Numbered from the stretch's first letter, positions 1 through 10,968 are shown. The stretch: 64,000 nucleotides of DNA from an uncultured Actinomycetes bacterium (GCA_963817235.1 CAWFNS010000001.1:8595-72594), one strand, 5' to 3'. Numbers and translations are program-made. Notes: generated from the letters alone by a model not told the origin.

Positions 1-344
1 GCGAGCGATCGCGGCGTGAACAGGGCCCACAGCGCCAGGCCGCTCGGGATGATCTGCAGGATGAAGGTGGCGATGACGGGATCGGCTCGGCGGGATACCA
101 CCTCGAAGATCCCGATCGCGAGGTTGCCGATCGCCTCGAGCAGGGCCAGCGGCCATCCCAGCCGGCGCCCGAGCAGCAGCAGGAGACCGCCGACCACGAA
201 CACGATCGCGAGCGCCCACCACCACCCGGTCGCGGTGTCGCTGTTCCGCAGGAGCTGGACGCCGAGCAACCCCCACAGCAGCATCGCGCCGCCGAGGACG
301 CGCAGGTAGACCGGGATCCCGGGCCGGTCTCCCGTCGCGCTCAT
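1..344 (-). CDS. hypothetical multi-pass membrane protein (3' end runs off window)
   Basis: ATG at 344 on the minus strand; translation [28 protein letters not shown]...[24 protein letters not shown] has several hydrophobic segments; no stop before base 1. Confidence 0.6.
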   Translation of the reverse strand, partial: MSATGDRPGIPVYLRVLGGAMLLWGLLGVQLLRNSDTATGWWWALAIVFVVGGLLLLLGRRLGWPLALLEAIGNLAIGIFEVVSRRADPVIATFILQIIPSGLALWALFTPRSL

Positions 345-351
345 CGTCGCC

Positions 352-594
352 TCAGTTCACGTAGCCCTCGACCGTGCTCGCGTCGCGCACCTCGGCGTCG
401 TCGGGATCGAGGCCCGCGCTCCGGCGCGCCCGCCGCTGGTGCAGCAGGTCCCAGCACTGATCCAGCGTGACCTGGAGCTGCTCGATCCGCTCCCGCTCGG
501 CGTCATCCACTTCGCCGCGCGACTCCTTCTGGAACAGCTCGTGCTCCTCGGCGGCCAGCTCGTTGATCCGCTCGATCACGTCCTTGTCGTCCAC
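352..594 (-). CDS. DUF2630-family small protein
   Basis: [22 protein letters not shown]....VEGY motif typical of actinobacterial DUF2630; GAGGGAGG RBS upstream. Confidence 0.8.
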   Translation of the reverse strand: MDDKDVIERINELAAEEHELFQKESRGEVDDAERERIEQLQVTLDQCWDLLHQRRARRSAGLDPDDAEVRDASTVEGYVN

Positions 595-732
595 GGTCCC
601 TCCCTCGGGTTCCGGCCTTCCACCATCTGGCCACTATCCGACCTCTCGCGGCGAGCCGCCACCCCGAACCGGCCCAGGTCGGTGGCGATACACTGGGCTT
701 TTCCCGGCAGATCCTTCGAGGAGGAGATACCC

Positions 733-1614
733 GTGCAGCGCGAAACCGGCACCTTCACCGTGAAGTCCGGGTTGGCCGAGATGCTCAAGGGCGGCGTGAT
801 CATGGACGTCACGAACGCCGAGCAGGCCAAGATCGCCGAAGACGCCGGCGCCTGCGCCGTGATGGCGCTCGAGCGCGTGCCCGCCGACATCCGCAAGGAG
901 GGCGGCGTCGCCCGGATGGCCGACCCGACGAAGATCGAGGAGATCAAGGCCGTCGTGTCGATCCCGGTGATGGCGAAGGCCCGGATCGGGCACTTCGTGG
1001 AGGCGCAGATCCTCCAGTCGCTCGGTGTCGACTACATCGACGAGTCCGAGGTCCTCACGCCCGCCGACGAGGAGTTCCACATCGACAAGTGGGCGTTCAC
1101 GGTGCCGTTCGTGTGCGGCTGCCGGAACCTGGGCGAGGCGCTCCGGAGGATCGCCGAGGGCGCCGCGATGATCCGCACGAAGGGCGAGGCCGGGACCGGC
1201 AACGTCGTCGAGGCGGTCCGGCACGAGCGGACGCTCCTGGGCGAGATCGCCGCGTGCACGCAGCTGCGGCCCGAGCAGTTCGTCTCGAAGGCGAAGGAGC
1301 TGGGCGCGCCGGTCGAGCTGGTGCGGATGGTTGCGGAGCAAGGGAAGCTGCCGGTCGTGAACTTCTCCGCGGGCGGCCTGTCCACCCCCGCGGACGCCGC
1401 GCTGATGATGCAGCTCGGCGTCGACGGCGTGTTCGTCGGCTCCGGCATCTTCAAGTCCGAGGATCCCGCCACGATGGCGCGCGCGATCGTCGAGGCCACC
1501 ACGCACTATCAGGACGCCGACGTGCTCGCGAAGGTCTCGCGCGGCCTCGGTGAGCCGATGGCCGGCCTCGAGATCGGCACGCTGGAGACGCGGCTCCAGG
1601 ACCGCGGCTGGTAA
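733..1614 (+). CDS. pdxS: pyridoxal 5'-phosphate synthase lyase subunit
   Basis: [29 protein letters not shown] motifs; GAGGAG RBS before GTG 733; TACACT -10 at 689-694. Confidence 0.97.
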   Translation: MQRETGTFTVKSGLAEMLKGGVIMDVTNAEQAKIAEDAGACAVMALERVPADIRKEGGVARMADPTKIEEIKAVVSIPVMAKARIGHFVEAQILQSLGVDYIDESEVLTPADEEFHIDKWAFTVPFVCGCRNLGEALRRIAEGAAMIRTKGEAGTGNVVEAVRHERTLLGEIAACTQLRPEQFVSKAKELGAPVELVRMVAEQGKLPVVNFSAGGLSTPADAALMMQLGVDGVFVGSGIFKSEDPATMARAIVEATTHYQDADVLAKVSRGLGEPMAGLEIGTLETRLQDRGW

Positions 1615-1651
1615 CCCGATCCGTCGGGGTTCGTCAGGGAGGTTGACCATC

Positions 1652-2210
1652 GTGAAGGCAGGGGTCCTCGCGCTCCAGGGAGACTTCCGCGAGCACGCAC
1701 GCGCGTTCGCCGACGCCGGCGCGACGCCGGTCGAGGTCCGTGTGCCCGCCGACCTGGACGGCGTCGACTGCCTCGCGATCCCCGGCGGCGAGTCCACGAC
1801 GATCGCGAAGCTGGCTCGCGCGTACGACCTGGTCGAGCCGATCCGCGAGCGCGCGGCCGAACGGCATGCCGATCCTCGGGACGTGCGCGGGGATGATCGT
1901 GCTGGCGCGCGAGGTGCACGGCGGCGAGCCGCTGTTCGAGCTGATGGATATCGCCGTGCGCCGCAACGCGTACGGCCGGCAGGTCGATTCGTTCGAGGCG
2001 GACCTCGACGTGCGCGGCATCGCGCACCCGGTGCGCGGGGTGTTCATCCGCGCGCCGTGGATCGAGCAGGTCGGCGACGACGTCGAGGTGCTCGCGACGT
2101 TCGAGGACCGGCCGGTCGTCCTGCAGCAGGGCGCGCTGCTCGCGGCCTCGTTCCATCCCGAGCTGATCGGCGAGACGGGCCTGCACCGCTACCTCCTGGG
2201 GAAGGTGTAG
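1652..2210 (+). CDS. pdxT: PLP synthase glutaminase subunit (one frameshift near 1858)
   Basis: GVLALQGDF, PGGESTT, GTCAGMI, RNAYGRQ, FIRAP, FHPE motifs split over two frames. Confidence 0.93.
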
Positions 2211-2213
2211 GCG

Positions 2214-2965
2214 ATGTCCGGACACTCGAAGTGGGCGACGATCCGCCGCAAGAAGGAGGCCACCGACTCGAAGCGCTCGAACATGTACGCGAAGCTGCTG
2301 CGGGCGGTCGAGGTCGCGGCGCGCGAGGGCGGCGGCAACGTCGAGGGGAACATGACCCTCGCGTCGGCGGTCGAGAAGGCGAAGAGCTTCTCGGTGCCGA
2401 ACGACAACATCGAGCGTGCGATCAAGCGGGGGACCGGCGAGCTCGCCGACGGCGCGCGCTACGAGGAGATCGTCTACGAGGGCTACGCGGCCGGCGGCAT
2501 CGCGCTGCTGATCGAGGCGCTGACCGACAACCGGAACCGCACCGCCCAGGAGGTCCGGCACGCGTTCACCCGCAACAACGGCAACCTGGGGGAGACCGGC
2601 AGCGTCGCGTGGCAGTTCACGCGCAAGGGCGTGATCGAGGTGGAGAAGGAGCAGACGCGCCCGACGAGGAGCGGATCCTGGAGATCGCGCTCGACGGCGG
2701 CGCCGAGGACGTCCGCGACGCCGAGAGCTCCTGGGAGATCGTGACGGCGCCGGCCGACTTCCACGTCGTCCAGCGGGCGCTGGAGCAGGCCGCGGTGCCG
2801 ATCGCGTCGGCCGATCTCTCGATGCTGCCCCAGACCACGATCCCGGTGACGGGCGGCGAAGCGACGCAGGTGCTGCGCTTGATCGAGGCCCTCGAGGACC
2901 TCGACGACGTCCAGGCCGTCTACGCGAACTTCGACATCCCCGAAGAGGTCATGGCCGCGCTGTAG
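2214..2965 (+). CDS. yebC: YebC/PmpR-family protein (frameshift near 2660)
   Basis: [11 protein letters not shown]-terminus, YEGY, TDNRNRT; C-terminus [14 protein letters not shown] in a second frame. Confidence 0.95.
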
Positions 2966-3020
2966 CGGCCGCGACCTGCGCCGACGCCTCCGCTCGATGG
3001 TGTAGCGTCGAGAGGGAACC

Positions 3021-4159
3021 ATGCGACGGTTCGCGATCCTCACCATCACCGCGCTCTGCGCCGCGACCGCATGCACGTCGACGTCCTCATCGAGCACGCC
3101 GGCCCCGACGTCGAGCAGCCCGGAGCCGGTCGCGACGCTCGCGAACGGCCAGCCACTGCCGGCCGGATGCACCGGCACGCGCGCGAACCGCCCAGACGGT
3201 GGCCTTCGTGGCCGAGGGCCGTGCGTGGGCGATGAACCCGTCGACCCACCGCCTGACGTGCCTGTTCACGACGAGCGACCCGGGTCCGTTCGCGTGGGGG
3301 CCCCAGGGCGACCGCGTGCTGCTCGGCGACTTCGAGATCCAGGGCCTCGACCCGGCGGCGCCGACGCTGGGCGCGCTGAGCCCGCCGCCGGTGACGTTCG
3401 GCTGGGGGCACCCGATCGGCCTCGCGGTCGTGCTACACGAGCACGACGTCGGGTGAGCCCGAGAAACGGTTCACCGACGACGGCCACGTCGAGGCGCTCC
3501 CCGGGCTCCCGGCCGGCCGGTACGTCCAGATCGCGTACCACCCGAGCGGGCTGGCGCTCGGCTTCATCCTGGAGCGCAACGACAGGGGATCGATCTGGAT
3601 CTCGACGAACGAGGGGCAGCACCCGCAGCGGCTCGTCTTCGCCCAGCCGGGAACCACGTTCACCTCGATCGCGTTCAGCCCCGACGGCAAGCAGCTGTGG
3701 TGGACCGCGGAACACAGCGGGGTCCCCGTGCTGCACCGGATGGACCTCGGGAACCGGACCACGTTCACGGACGTGTGGCAGGGGTCGAAGGGGACGTCGG
3801 CGCAGGACCTCCAGATCGCGCCCGACGGGATCTTGAAGTCGGTGAACGAGGGGACGACCTGTGCGGACCGGCACGCGCTCGTGATCAGCGGGGGATCGGC
3901 CACCCGCGCGATGCCGTTCGAGGCGAGGCCGACGTGGGCGCTCGGGTGGCTGGACGACTCGACGCTCCTCGTCGGTGCGGGGGACTGCGATCAGCCGACC
4001 GAGCTGTTCGCGGTGAACGCGCACGTCGGCGGCACCGCCGTCGCCCTCGTCACGGGCGTCGAGCAGGCCTCGCCGCGGACCGTCGTGGAGAACGCGCCGA
4101 CCTCCGTGCCCGCACCGGGCTCCGCCGATATCCAGGCGCCGCCCGGCGGCGTGGGGTGA
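3021..4159 (+). CDS. putative lipoprotein, possibly TolB/WD40-like beta-propeller (frameshifts near 3190 and 3450)
   Basis: signal peptide MRRFAILTITALCAATAC then an S/T/P linker; repeats such as AWGPQGD, AYHPSG, AFSPDGKQL, IAPDG, LGWLDD resemble propeller blades. Confidence 0.6.
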
Positions 4160-4186
4160 TAAGCCCACGCGGGCGGCCGGTCGGCC

Positions 4187-4222
4187 GCCACGAGGTGCGC
4201 CACGAGGTGCGCCACGAGGTGC
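4187..4222. repeat. perfect tandem repeat (GCCACGAGGTGC)x3
   Basis: read directly from the sequence, in the intergenic region upstream of the ruvC promoter. Confidence 0.95.
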
Positions 4223-4257
4223 GAGGGAGCGTCGTTGCCCGGGGGACCCCTCCCGCC

Positions 4258-4280
4258 TAGACTGCGCGAACAGATGTTCG
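4258..4280 (+). promoter_or_regulatory. -10 element TAGACT (4258-4263) and LexA/SOS box CGAAC-AGAT-GTTCG (4267-4280)
   Basis: perfect CGAAC-N4-GTTCG palindrome matching the Gram-positive/actinobacterial LexA consensus, directly at ruvCAB. Confidence 0.8.
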
Positions 4281-4783
4281 ATGCGTGTGTCCTGGGCGTG
4301 GACCCCGGTGTGGCGAAGGTCGGGCTCGCGGTGGTTCGCGGCCACGACCGCACGGCCGAGCTCGTCTGGGCGGGAACGGTCCGCACGGCGGCCGATGTGC
4401 CGGAGGCCGGCCGGCTCCGGGTGGTCGCCGAGGCGGTGCGCGCCGCGATCGCCGAGCACCGTCCGGCCGCGGTGTCGATCGAGCGGGTCGCCTGGAACCG
4501 GAACCAGGTGAGCGCGCTCCAGGTCGCGAGGGCGACCGGCGCCGTGATGGTCGTGGCGGCGGAGGCCGGCCTGCCGGTCGAGGAGTACGGTCCGAACGAG
4601 GTGAAGATCGCGGTCACGGGCGCCGGCAACGCGGGCAAGCGGGAGGTGCAGTCGGCGCTCGTTCGCCTCCACGGGCTCCGCGGCGTGCCGTCCCAGCCCG
4701 ACGCGGCCGACGCGGTCGCGGTCGCGCTCACCCACCTGGTGGGGGCCCGCATGCGGGCGCTGTCGCGCGTGGGCGCGCGATGA
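4274..4783 (+). CDS. ruvC: Holliday junction resolvase
   Basis: [36 protein letters not shown]; start could instead be ATG 4281 if a GT dinucleotide is a sequencing insertion. Confidence 0.93.
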   Translation: MFDACVLGVDPGVAKVGLAVVRGHDRTAELVWAGTVRTAADVPEAGRLRVVAEAVRAAIAEHRPAAVSIERVAWNRNQVSALQVARATGAVMVVAAEAGLPVEEYGPNEVKIAVTGAGNAGKREVQSALVRLHGLRGVPSQPDAADAVAVALTHLVGARMRALSRVGAR

Positions 4784-5346
4784 TCGCGTTCCTCGAAGGC
4801 GAGGTCGTCGACAAGGGCGCCGCCCGCGTCGTCATCGCGGTCGACGGGGTGGGTTACGAGCTGGCGGTGCCGAGCTCGGTGCTGACGGCGCTGCCGGCGG
4901 CGGGGGAGACCGCGCGCGTGCACACGCGGATGGTCGTGCGGGAGGACGCGATCACGCTGTTCGGGTTCGCGACGACCGACGAACGCGAGCTCTTCGACCG
5001 CCTGATCGGCGTCACCGGCGTCGGCCCGAAGGTCGCGCTCGCGTTCCTGTCCGCCCTGAAGCCCGACGCGATCCGGCGCGCGGTCGTCTCGGGCGATGCG
5101 GCCGCGTTGACCGTGGTGCCCGGGGTCGGCAAGAAGGTGGCGCAGCGCGTGGTGCTCGACCTCCGCGACGCGCTGGGCGGCGAGGCGGAGCTCACCGTGG
5201 AAGGGCCGCTGGCCGACGTGCGCGACGCGCTCGTGGCGCTCGGGCTGACCCCGGTCGAGGCATCCGAGGCGATGCGCGAGCTGGACGCGGACGGCAAGCC
5301 GGCCGACGAGCTGCTGCGCGAGGCGCTGCAGCGGGTGGGCCGATGA
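4780..5346 (+). CDS. ruvA: Holliday junction branch migration protein
   Basis: [34 protein letters not shown]; ATGA overlap with ruvC. Confidence 0.95.
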   Translation: MIAFLEGEVVDKGAARVVIAVDGVGYELAVPSSVLTALPAAGETARVHTRMVVREDAITLFGFATTDERELFDRLIGVTGVGPKVALAFLSALKPDAIRRAVVSGDAAALTVVPGVGKKVAQRVVLDLRDALGGEAELTVEGPLADVRDALVALGLTPVEASEAMRELDADGKPADELLREALQRVGR

Positions 5347-6366
5347 GCGACGAGCTCGAGCGGTTGACCGAGGGCGAGGCGATCTCGCCGGAGGATCGCG
5401 AGCTGGACGTCGCCCTGCGGCCGCGCTCGCTCGAGGAGTTCGTCGGGCAGGACAGGGTGAAGGAACAGCTCGCGGTCCTGCTGGAAGGGGCGCGCAACCG
5501 CGGCGAGCCGGTGGATCACCTGCTGTTCAGCGGGCCGCCGGGCCTCGGCAAGACGACGCTCGCGCAGATCGTCGCGCACGAGATGCGGGCCGGGTTCCAG
5601 CCGACGTCGGGGCCGGCGCTCGAGCGCCCGAGCGATCTCGCCGCGATCCTCACGAACCTCGGCGAGGGCGACGTGCTGTTCGTCGACGAGATCCACCGCA
5701 TGCCGAAGTCGGTCGAGGAGGTGCTGTATCCGGCGCTCGAGGACTTCACGCTCGACATCGTGCTCGGCAAGGGTGCGACCGCGCGGTCGATCCGGCTCGA
5801 CCTGCCGCGGTTCACGTTCGTCGGCGCCACCACCAGGCCCGGGCGGATCACGCGGCCGCTCCGCGAGCGCTTCGGGTTCTCCCCGCGCCTGGACTACTAC
5901 GTCGTCGAGGACCTGACCTCGATCGTGCGCCGCTCGGCCAGGCATCCTCGGCGTGGAGACCGACGCCGACGGCGCCCACGAGATCGCGCGCCGCTCGCGC
6001 GGCACGCCGCGCATCGCGAACCGCCTCCTGCGCCGGGTGCGCGACGTGGCGGAGGTCCGGCACGACGGGCGCGTGACCGGCGACGTCGCGCGCGCCGGGC
6101 TCGAGGTGTTCGAGGTCGACGAGGAGGGTCTGGACCGGTTGGACCACGCCGTGCTGCACGTGATCATCGAGAAGTTCGCCGGCGGACCGGTGGGCCTGTC
6201 GACGCTCAGCGCCGCGGTGGGGGAGGAGCCGGACACGATCGAGGACGTCGTCGAGCCGTACCTGCTGCAGCTGGGGTTCCTGCAGCGGACGCCGCGGGGC
6301 CGCGTTGCCACGGAACGCGCCTATCGGCACCTCGGCGCGACGGTGCCCGGCCGGCTCCCGCTGTAG
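5343..6366 (+). CDS. ruvB: Holliday junction branch migration helicase (frameshift near 5940)
   Basis: [49 protein letters not shown]. Confidence 0.96.
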
Positions 6367-6459
6367 AGCGGCGCCCGGGGCCCGCGGCGCGTTGCCGCAG
6401 GTAGACTCGGGTGCCGTTCCCACGAACCCGGAAGAACCGAGAAGGAAGGACGCACGCCC

Positions 6460-6861
6460 GTGATCGCCCAGCTCCTCGCCGCCTCGTCCGGCTCGGCGGC
6501 AGCCTCATCACCCTGCTGGTGTTCATGCTGCCCCTCGGCCTGCTGTTCGTGTTCATGCGGAACCAGCAGAAGCGCGTGAAGCAGCAGCAATCGAACCAGC
6601 AGGCCGCCCAGGTCGGCGAGGACATCCTCACGACCTCGGGCATCTTCGGCACGATCGTCGACGAGGACGAGGAGGAGGGCATCGTCACCGTCGAGATCGC
6701 CCCCGGCACCCAGATCAGGATGGTGCGTGCCGGCATCGCCCGCCGGATCACCGAGGATGCCTACGACGACGACGACGGGCTACGCCGCCGACGACGAGGA
6801 CGACACCGACGTCTCCGACGACGAGCCCGACGAGAACGCCCAGGGCCCCATCCGGTCGTGA
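6460..6861 (+). CDS. yajC: preprotein translocase subunit YajC (frameshifts near 6495 and 6780)
   Basis: TM helix, then QQKRVKQQQ and VGEDILTTSGIFGTI; acidic tail; TAGACT -10 at 6402-6407; position before secDF. Confidence 0.85.
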
Positions 6862-7601
6862 GCGAGGAAGGCGCGATCGGCACGCCCGAGGGCGCGCCCG
6901 TCCCCGAGGTACCGATCGTCGAGCCCCCCGCGGCTGAGGCCGCCAGCATCGCGCTCCTCGACGTCCAGGAGGATCCCGAGCTCTCGCTGTACATCGCCTC
7001 GGCGGACCGGGTGATGGACGCGATGGGCTACACCGAGCACGGCTTCCGGCACGCGAACCTCGTCGCGAAGATCGCGTACCAGGTGCTGCACCGGCTCGGC
7101 TACTCCGAGCGCGAGGCCGAGCTGGCGTGCGTGGCCGGCTACCTGCACGACGTCGGGAACGCGCTGGCCCGCGACGCGCACGGCCAGACCGGCGCCGTGA
7201 TGGTCTACCAGGCCCTGAAGGACCGCGCGAGCGGCCCCGACCTGATGCCGATCGTCGCCGCGATCGCGAACCACGAGGAGGCGGAGGGCACCGCGGTCTC
7301 GCCGATCTCGGCCGCCGTGATCCTCGCGGACAAATCCGACGTGCACCGCAGCCGCGTACGCAAAGCGGTGACCCTCGATCGCGACATCCACGACCGCGTG
7401 AACTACGCCGTTGAGCAGAGTTTCCTCCGGGTAGACTCCGACGCTCGAACGGTCAGCCTCGAGCTGACGATCGACACGACCATCAGCAAGGTCATGGAGT
7501 ACTTCGAGATCTTCCTGGGCAGGATGCAGCTGTGCCGCTTCGCGGCCGAAGCCGTGGACGCGCGCTTCCGCCTGGTGATCAACGGGCAGGAGCTGGCATG
7601 A
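6858..7601 (+). CDS. HD-domain metal-dependent phosphohydrolase
   Basis: GYTEHGFRH, LHDVGN, ANHEE, ADKSDVHRSRV, HDRVNYAV motifs. Confidence 0.88.
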   Translation: MSEEGAIGTPEGAPVPEVPIVEPPAAEAASIALLDVQEDPELSLYIASADRVMDAMGYTEHGFRHANLVAKIAYQVLHRLGYSEREAELACVAGYLHDVGNALARDAHGQTGAVMVYQALKDRASGPDLMPIVAAIANHEEAEGTAVSPISAAVILADKSDVHRSRVRKAVTLDRDIHDRVNYAVEQSFLRVDSDARTVSLELTIDTTISKVMEYFEIFLGRMQLCRFAAEAVDARFRLVINGQELA

Positions 7602-9776
7602 AGAAGACGCGCGGCCTGTGGATCTCGGTGATCCTGGTCGCCGTCCTCGTGGTGGTCTCCGTCGTCGGGTTCGCGGTCGGCAGCCTGAAGCCGGTCCTCG
7701 GCCTCGACCTGGAGGGCGGCGTCTCCGTGATCCTGTCCGCGCCGGAGGGCACGCCGCGCGACGTGATGAACCAGGCGCTGGAGAACATCCGCAACCGCGT
7801 CGACGCGTTCGGCGTGGGCGAGCCCGACATCGTGCTGGCCGGCAACACGATCGAGATCCAGATCCCGGGTCTGTCCAACAGCACCGTGCAGCAGCGGAGC
7901 TCCGACGTCTACTGCATCACGGATCCGTCGGGGACCAGCTACGGCTGCTCGGCCGATCAGGCGCCGCCGAAGGAGGCGCTCGGCGGGTTCCAGGTGACCT
8001 CGGAGCCCACGAAGGTCTGCCTCGTCACCACGGATGCCGATCCACTGAAGTGCTACTCCACGGCGGCCGAGGCCGCGGCCGCGAAGGGCGGGATCACCGT
8101 GCAGCCCAAGCAGAGCGCCACGCCGACCCCGTCGGTCTCGGCCTCGGCCGTCCCGAGCGCCTCGCCGACGGCGGGTCCGCCGCCGCAGGCGTCGTCGTAC
8201 TGCCTCACCGACTTCGCCGAGAACGAACTGCACTGCTACCCGACGCAGGCGCAGGCGGAGGCCGCCCGCAAGGCGATCACCACGACGACCACCCAGACCA
8301 CCTGGTGCATCGAGCCGGCGACGCCGCCGAGCGCGACCGCGAGCGCCACGCCGACGCCGAGCGCCTCGGCCTCGTTGTCGCCGTCGGCGTCGGCCTCGCC
8401 CACGCCCGACGCGGCCGCGGCGTTCGATCAGCTGGACCGCGGTTCTGCGCAGCCCCTGCCGTGCGACTTCGCGACGAAGCAGACCGCCCAGGCCGCGCTG
8501 GACGGGTTCGCGGTGAACCACGTGACGACGCAGTACTGCGTCGTGAGCTCGCAGAACGAGGAGCTCGGCTGCTTCACGACGCAGGCCGCCGCCGCCGAGA
8601 AGCAGCGAGAGACCGGCCAGCAGCACCTGCTGGACATCATCGGGAAGACCGCGCGTCTGGAGGAACGGGCGACGATCCAGATCGTCACGCCGGCCGATCC
8701 GCAGTACGACTCGATCCAGCTGACGTGTCAGACCGCGGCCGAGCAGGCCACGAGGTCGTGCCTCGCCGCCGCGCAGGACAAGAACCCCGTCTGGTACCCG
8801 GACCAACAGAAGGACAAGGTCAACCTGGGGCCGGTCATCATCACCGGCAGCGACATCACGAAGGCCTCCGCGCAGCTGAGCAGCGACCCGAACACCGGGG
8901 TCACGCAATGGGTGGTGGCGTTCCAGCTGAACGGCACGGGCTCCGCGAAGTTCGAGCAGGCGACGCGGGCGGCCCTGAACGCGCCGCCGCCGCAGAACCA
9001 GATCGCGATCGCCGTGGACCGCACGATCATCTCGAACCCGGTCGTGAACGGCGTGATCACCGGCAACGGCGAGATCAGCGGCAACTTCACCGAGCAGGAG
9101 GCGAAGGACCTCGCCACGGTGTTGAACGCCGGCGCCCTGCCGGTGGAGCTGACGCGGCAGTCGGTGCAGACCGTGAGCCCGACCCTCGGTGCGCAGTCGC
9201 TGCGCCAGGGCATCATCGCCGGGATCGCGGGTCTGATCCTGCTGTTCGTCTACCTGCTCCTGTACTACCGCCTGCTCGGCATCGTCGCGTGGGTCGGCAT
9301 GACGATCTGGGCGATCCTCGCGCTCGCGCTCGTGTCCGTTCGCCGGCAAGAGCTTCGGCTACGCGCTGTCGCTGGCCGGCGTGGCGGGTCTGGTGATCTC
9401 CCTCGGGGTCACGGCCGACTCCTACATCGTGTTCTTCGAACGATTGAAGGACGAGGTCCGGTCGGGGCGGTCGCCGCGGACGGCGACCCAACCGGCGTTC
9501 AAGCGGGCGTTCCGCACGATCGTGGCGGCCGACACCGTCACCGGCATCGCCGCCGCGGTCCTGTACCTGACGGCCGTCAGCTCCGTCCGCGGGTTCGCGC
9601 TCACGCTGGGCGTGGCCACCCTGCTCGACCTGTTCGTCGTCTACTTCTTCAAGCGGCCGACGGTGTACCTCATCTCGCGGAACCCGAGGCTGGTCGAGAT
9701 GCCCGGCTTCGGGCTGGGCTCGGCGGCCGCGGCCGACCACGAGGCGCTCGACACCTCGGGGGAGCCGGCGTCGTGA
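7598..9776 (+). CDS. secD: protein translocase subunit SecD with a large Cys-repeat insertion (frameshift near 9340)
   Basis: LGLDLEGG, RNRVDAFGVGEP, VLNAGALP, VSPTLG, DSYIVFFERLKDE, VRGFALTL. Confidence 0.93.
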
Positions 9777-10966
9777 ACACCCGCGAGTTCTTCGACGTCT
9801 ACCGCGGGTACCGCATCCCGCACTTCAAGCTGATCGAGCACCGGAACTGGTGGTTCGCGTTCTCGTCGGTGCTCATCGTGCTCTCGCTGCTGGGGATCTT
9901 CGTGCGGGGCTTCAACTTCTCGATCGACTTCGAGGGCGGGGCGCGGATCAGCTATCCCGTGCGGACGCAGATCACGGTGCAGGACGTCGAGGCGACGATG
10001 GCGCGGTTCGGCTACACGGACGCCGAGGTGCAGATCGTCGGCGGCGACACGGTGCAGATCCGGTCGACGTCGCTGTCGGGCAGCGGCGCATCGTCGTCGC
10101 CGACGGCGTCCACGACCGCCTCCCCGGGCGCGTCCGCGTCGGCGAGCCCGAGCGCGACGGAGGGCTCGGGGACCTCCGACGCGACGACCGGGCTGCTGAC
10201 CTCGCTCGCGAAGCAGGCCGGCGTCGCCTACACGGATGTGAACGTCGAGACCATCGGGCCGACGTGGGGGCAGGAGATCTCGAAGAAGGCGCTCCGGGGA
10301 CTGATCGTGGTCCTCGTGGCGATCACGCTGTACATCGCGTTCCGGTTCGAGTGGACGATGGCCGCCGGCGCGATGATCGCCCTCGTCCACGACGTCACGA
10401 TCACGGCCGGCGTGTACGCCCTCACCGGCAGGGAGGTCACCCCCGAGACGGTGATCGCGATCCTCACGATCCTCGGGTTCTCCCTGTACGACACCGTGGT
10501 GATCTACGACAAGATCAAGGAGAACACCGAGTCGCCGGCGCTGCTGGCGCGCATGGGCTACACGAAGGTCGTCGACCTCTCGCTGAACCAGACCGTGATG
10601 CGCTCGGTGAACACGTCGCTCGTCGTGCTGCTGCCGATCCTGTCGCTCCTGCTCTTCGGCGGCGAGACGCTGAAGAACTTCGCGTTCGCGATGTTCATCG
10701 GGGTCGCGATCGGCGCCTACTCGTCGATCTTCATCGCCGCGCCGATGCTCACCGTGATGAAGGAGCGGCAGCAGGGCCGCCAGCCTGTGCAGCGCGCGCG
10801 CGGCGGGGTCCAGCGGCCGAGGGCGGCGGCGGTGCCGGCCTCGGGCACCGAGATGGCGGCGACGTCGGACGCCGCGGCGAAGAACGCCACGGCGAAGCAG
10901 GGGCCCGGCGCGCGCTCGCGCCCGGCGAAGAAGCGGCGCCCGCCGGCGAAGCGCAAACGGAGGTAA
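9773..10966 (+). CDS. secF: protein translocase subunit SecF
   Basis: SIDFEGG, IGPTWG, ALVHDV, LTILGFSLYDTVVIYDKIKEN, RSVNTS; GTGA overlap with the secD stop. Confidence 0.95.
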   Translation: MNTREFFDVYRGYRIPHFKLIEHRNWWFAFSSVLIVLSLLGIFVRGFNFSIDFEGGARISYPVRTQITVQDVEATMARFGYTDAEVQIVGGDTVQIRSTSLSGSGASSSPTASTTASPGASASASPSATEGSGTSDATTGLLTSLAKQAGVAYTDVNVETIGPTWGQEISKKALRGLIVVLVAITLYIAFRFEWTMAAGAMIALVHDVTITAGVYALTGREVTPETVIAILTILGFSLYDTVVIYDKIKENTESPALLARMGYTKVVDLSLNQTVMRSVNTSLVVLLPILSLLLFGGETLKNFAFAMFIGVAIGAYSSIFIAAPMLTVMKERQQGRQPVQRARGGVQRPRAAAVPASGTEMAATSDAAAKNATAKQGPGARSRPAKKRRPPAKRKRR

Positions 10967-10968
10967 GC

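Noticed and set aside
4187-4222. Repeats at 4187 and 38891 as CRISPR arrays
   Set aside because: Units are 9-12 bp, tandem, with no unique spacers and no cas genes.
7532-10966. 1144-aa SecD-SecF fusion ORF in the supplied track
   Set aside because: Produced by the indel near 9340. In the corrected frame secD stops at 9776 and secF starts at GTG 9773.
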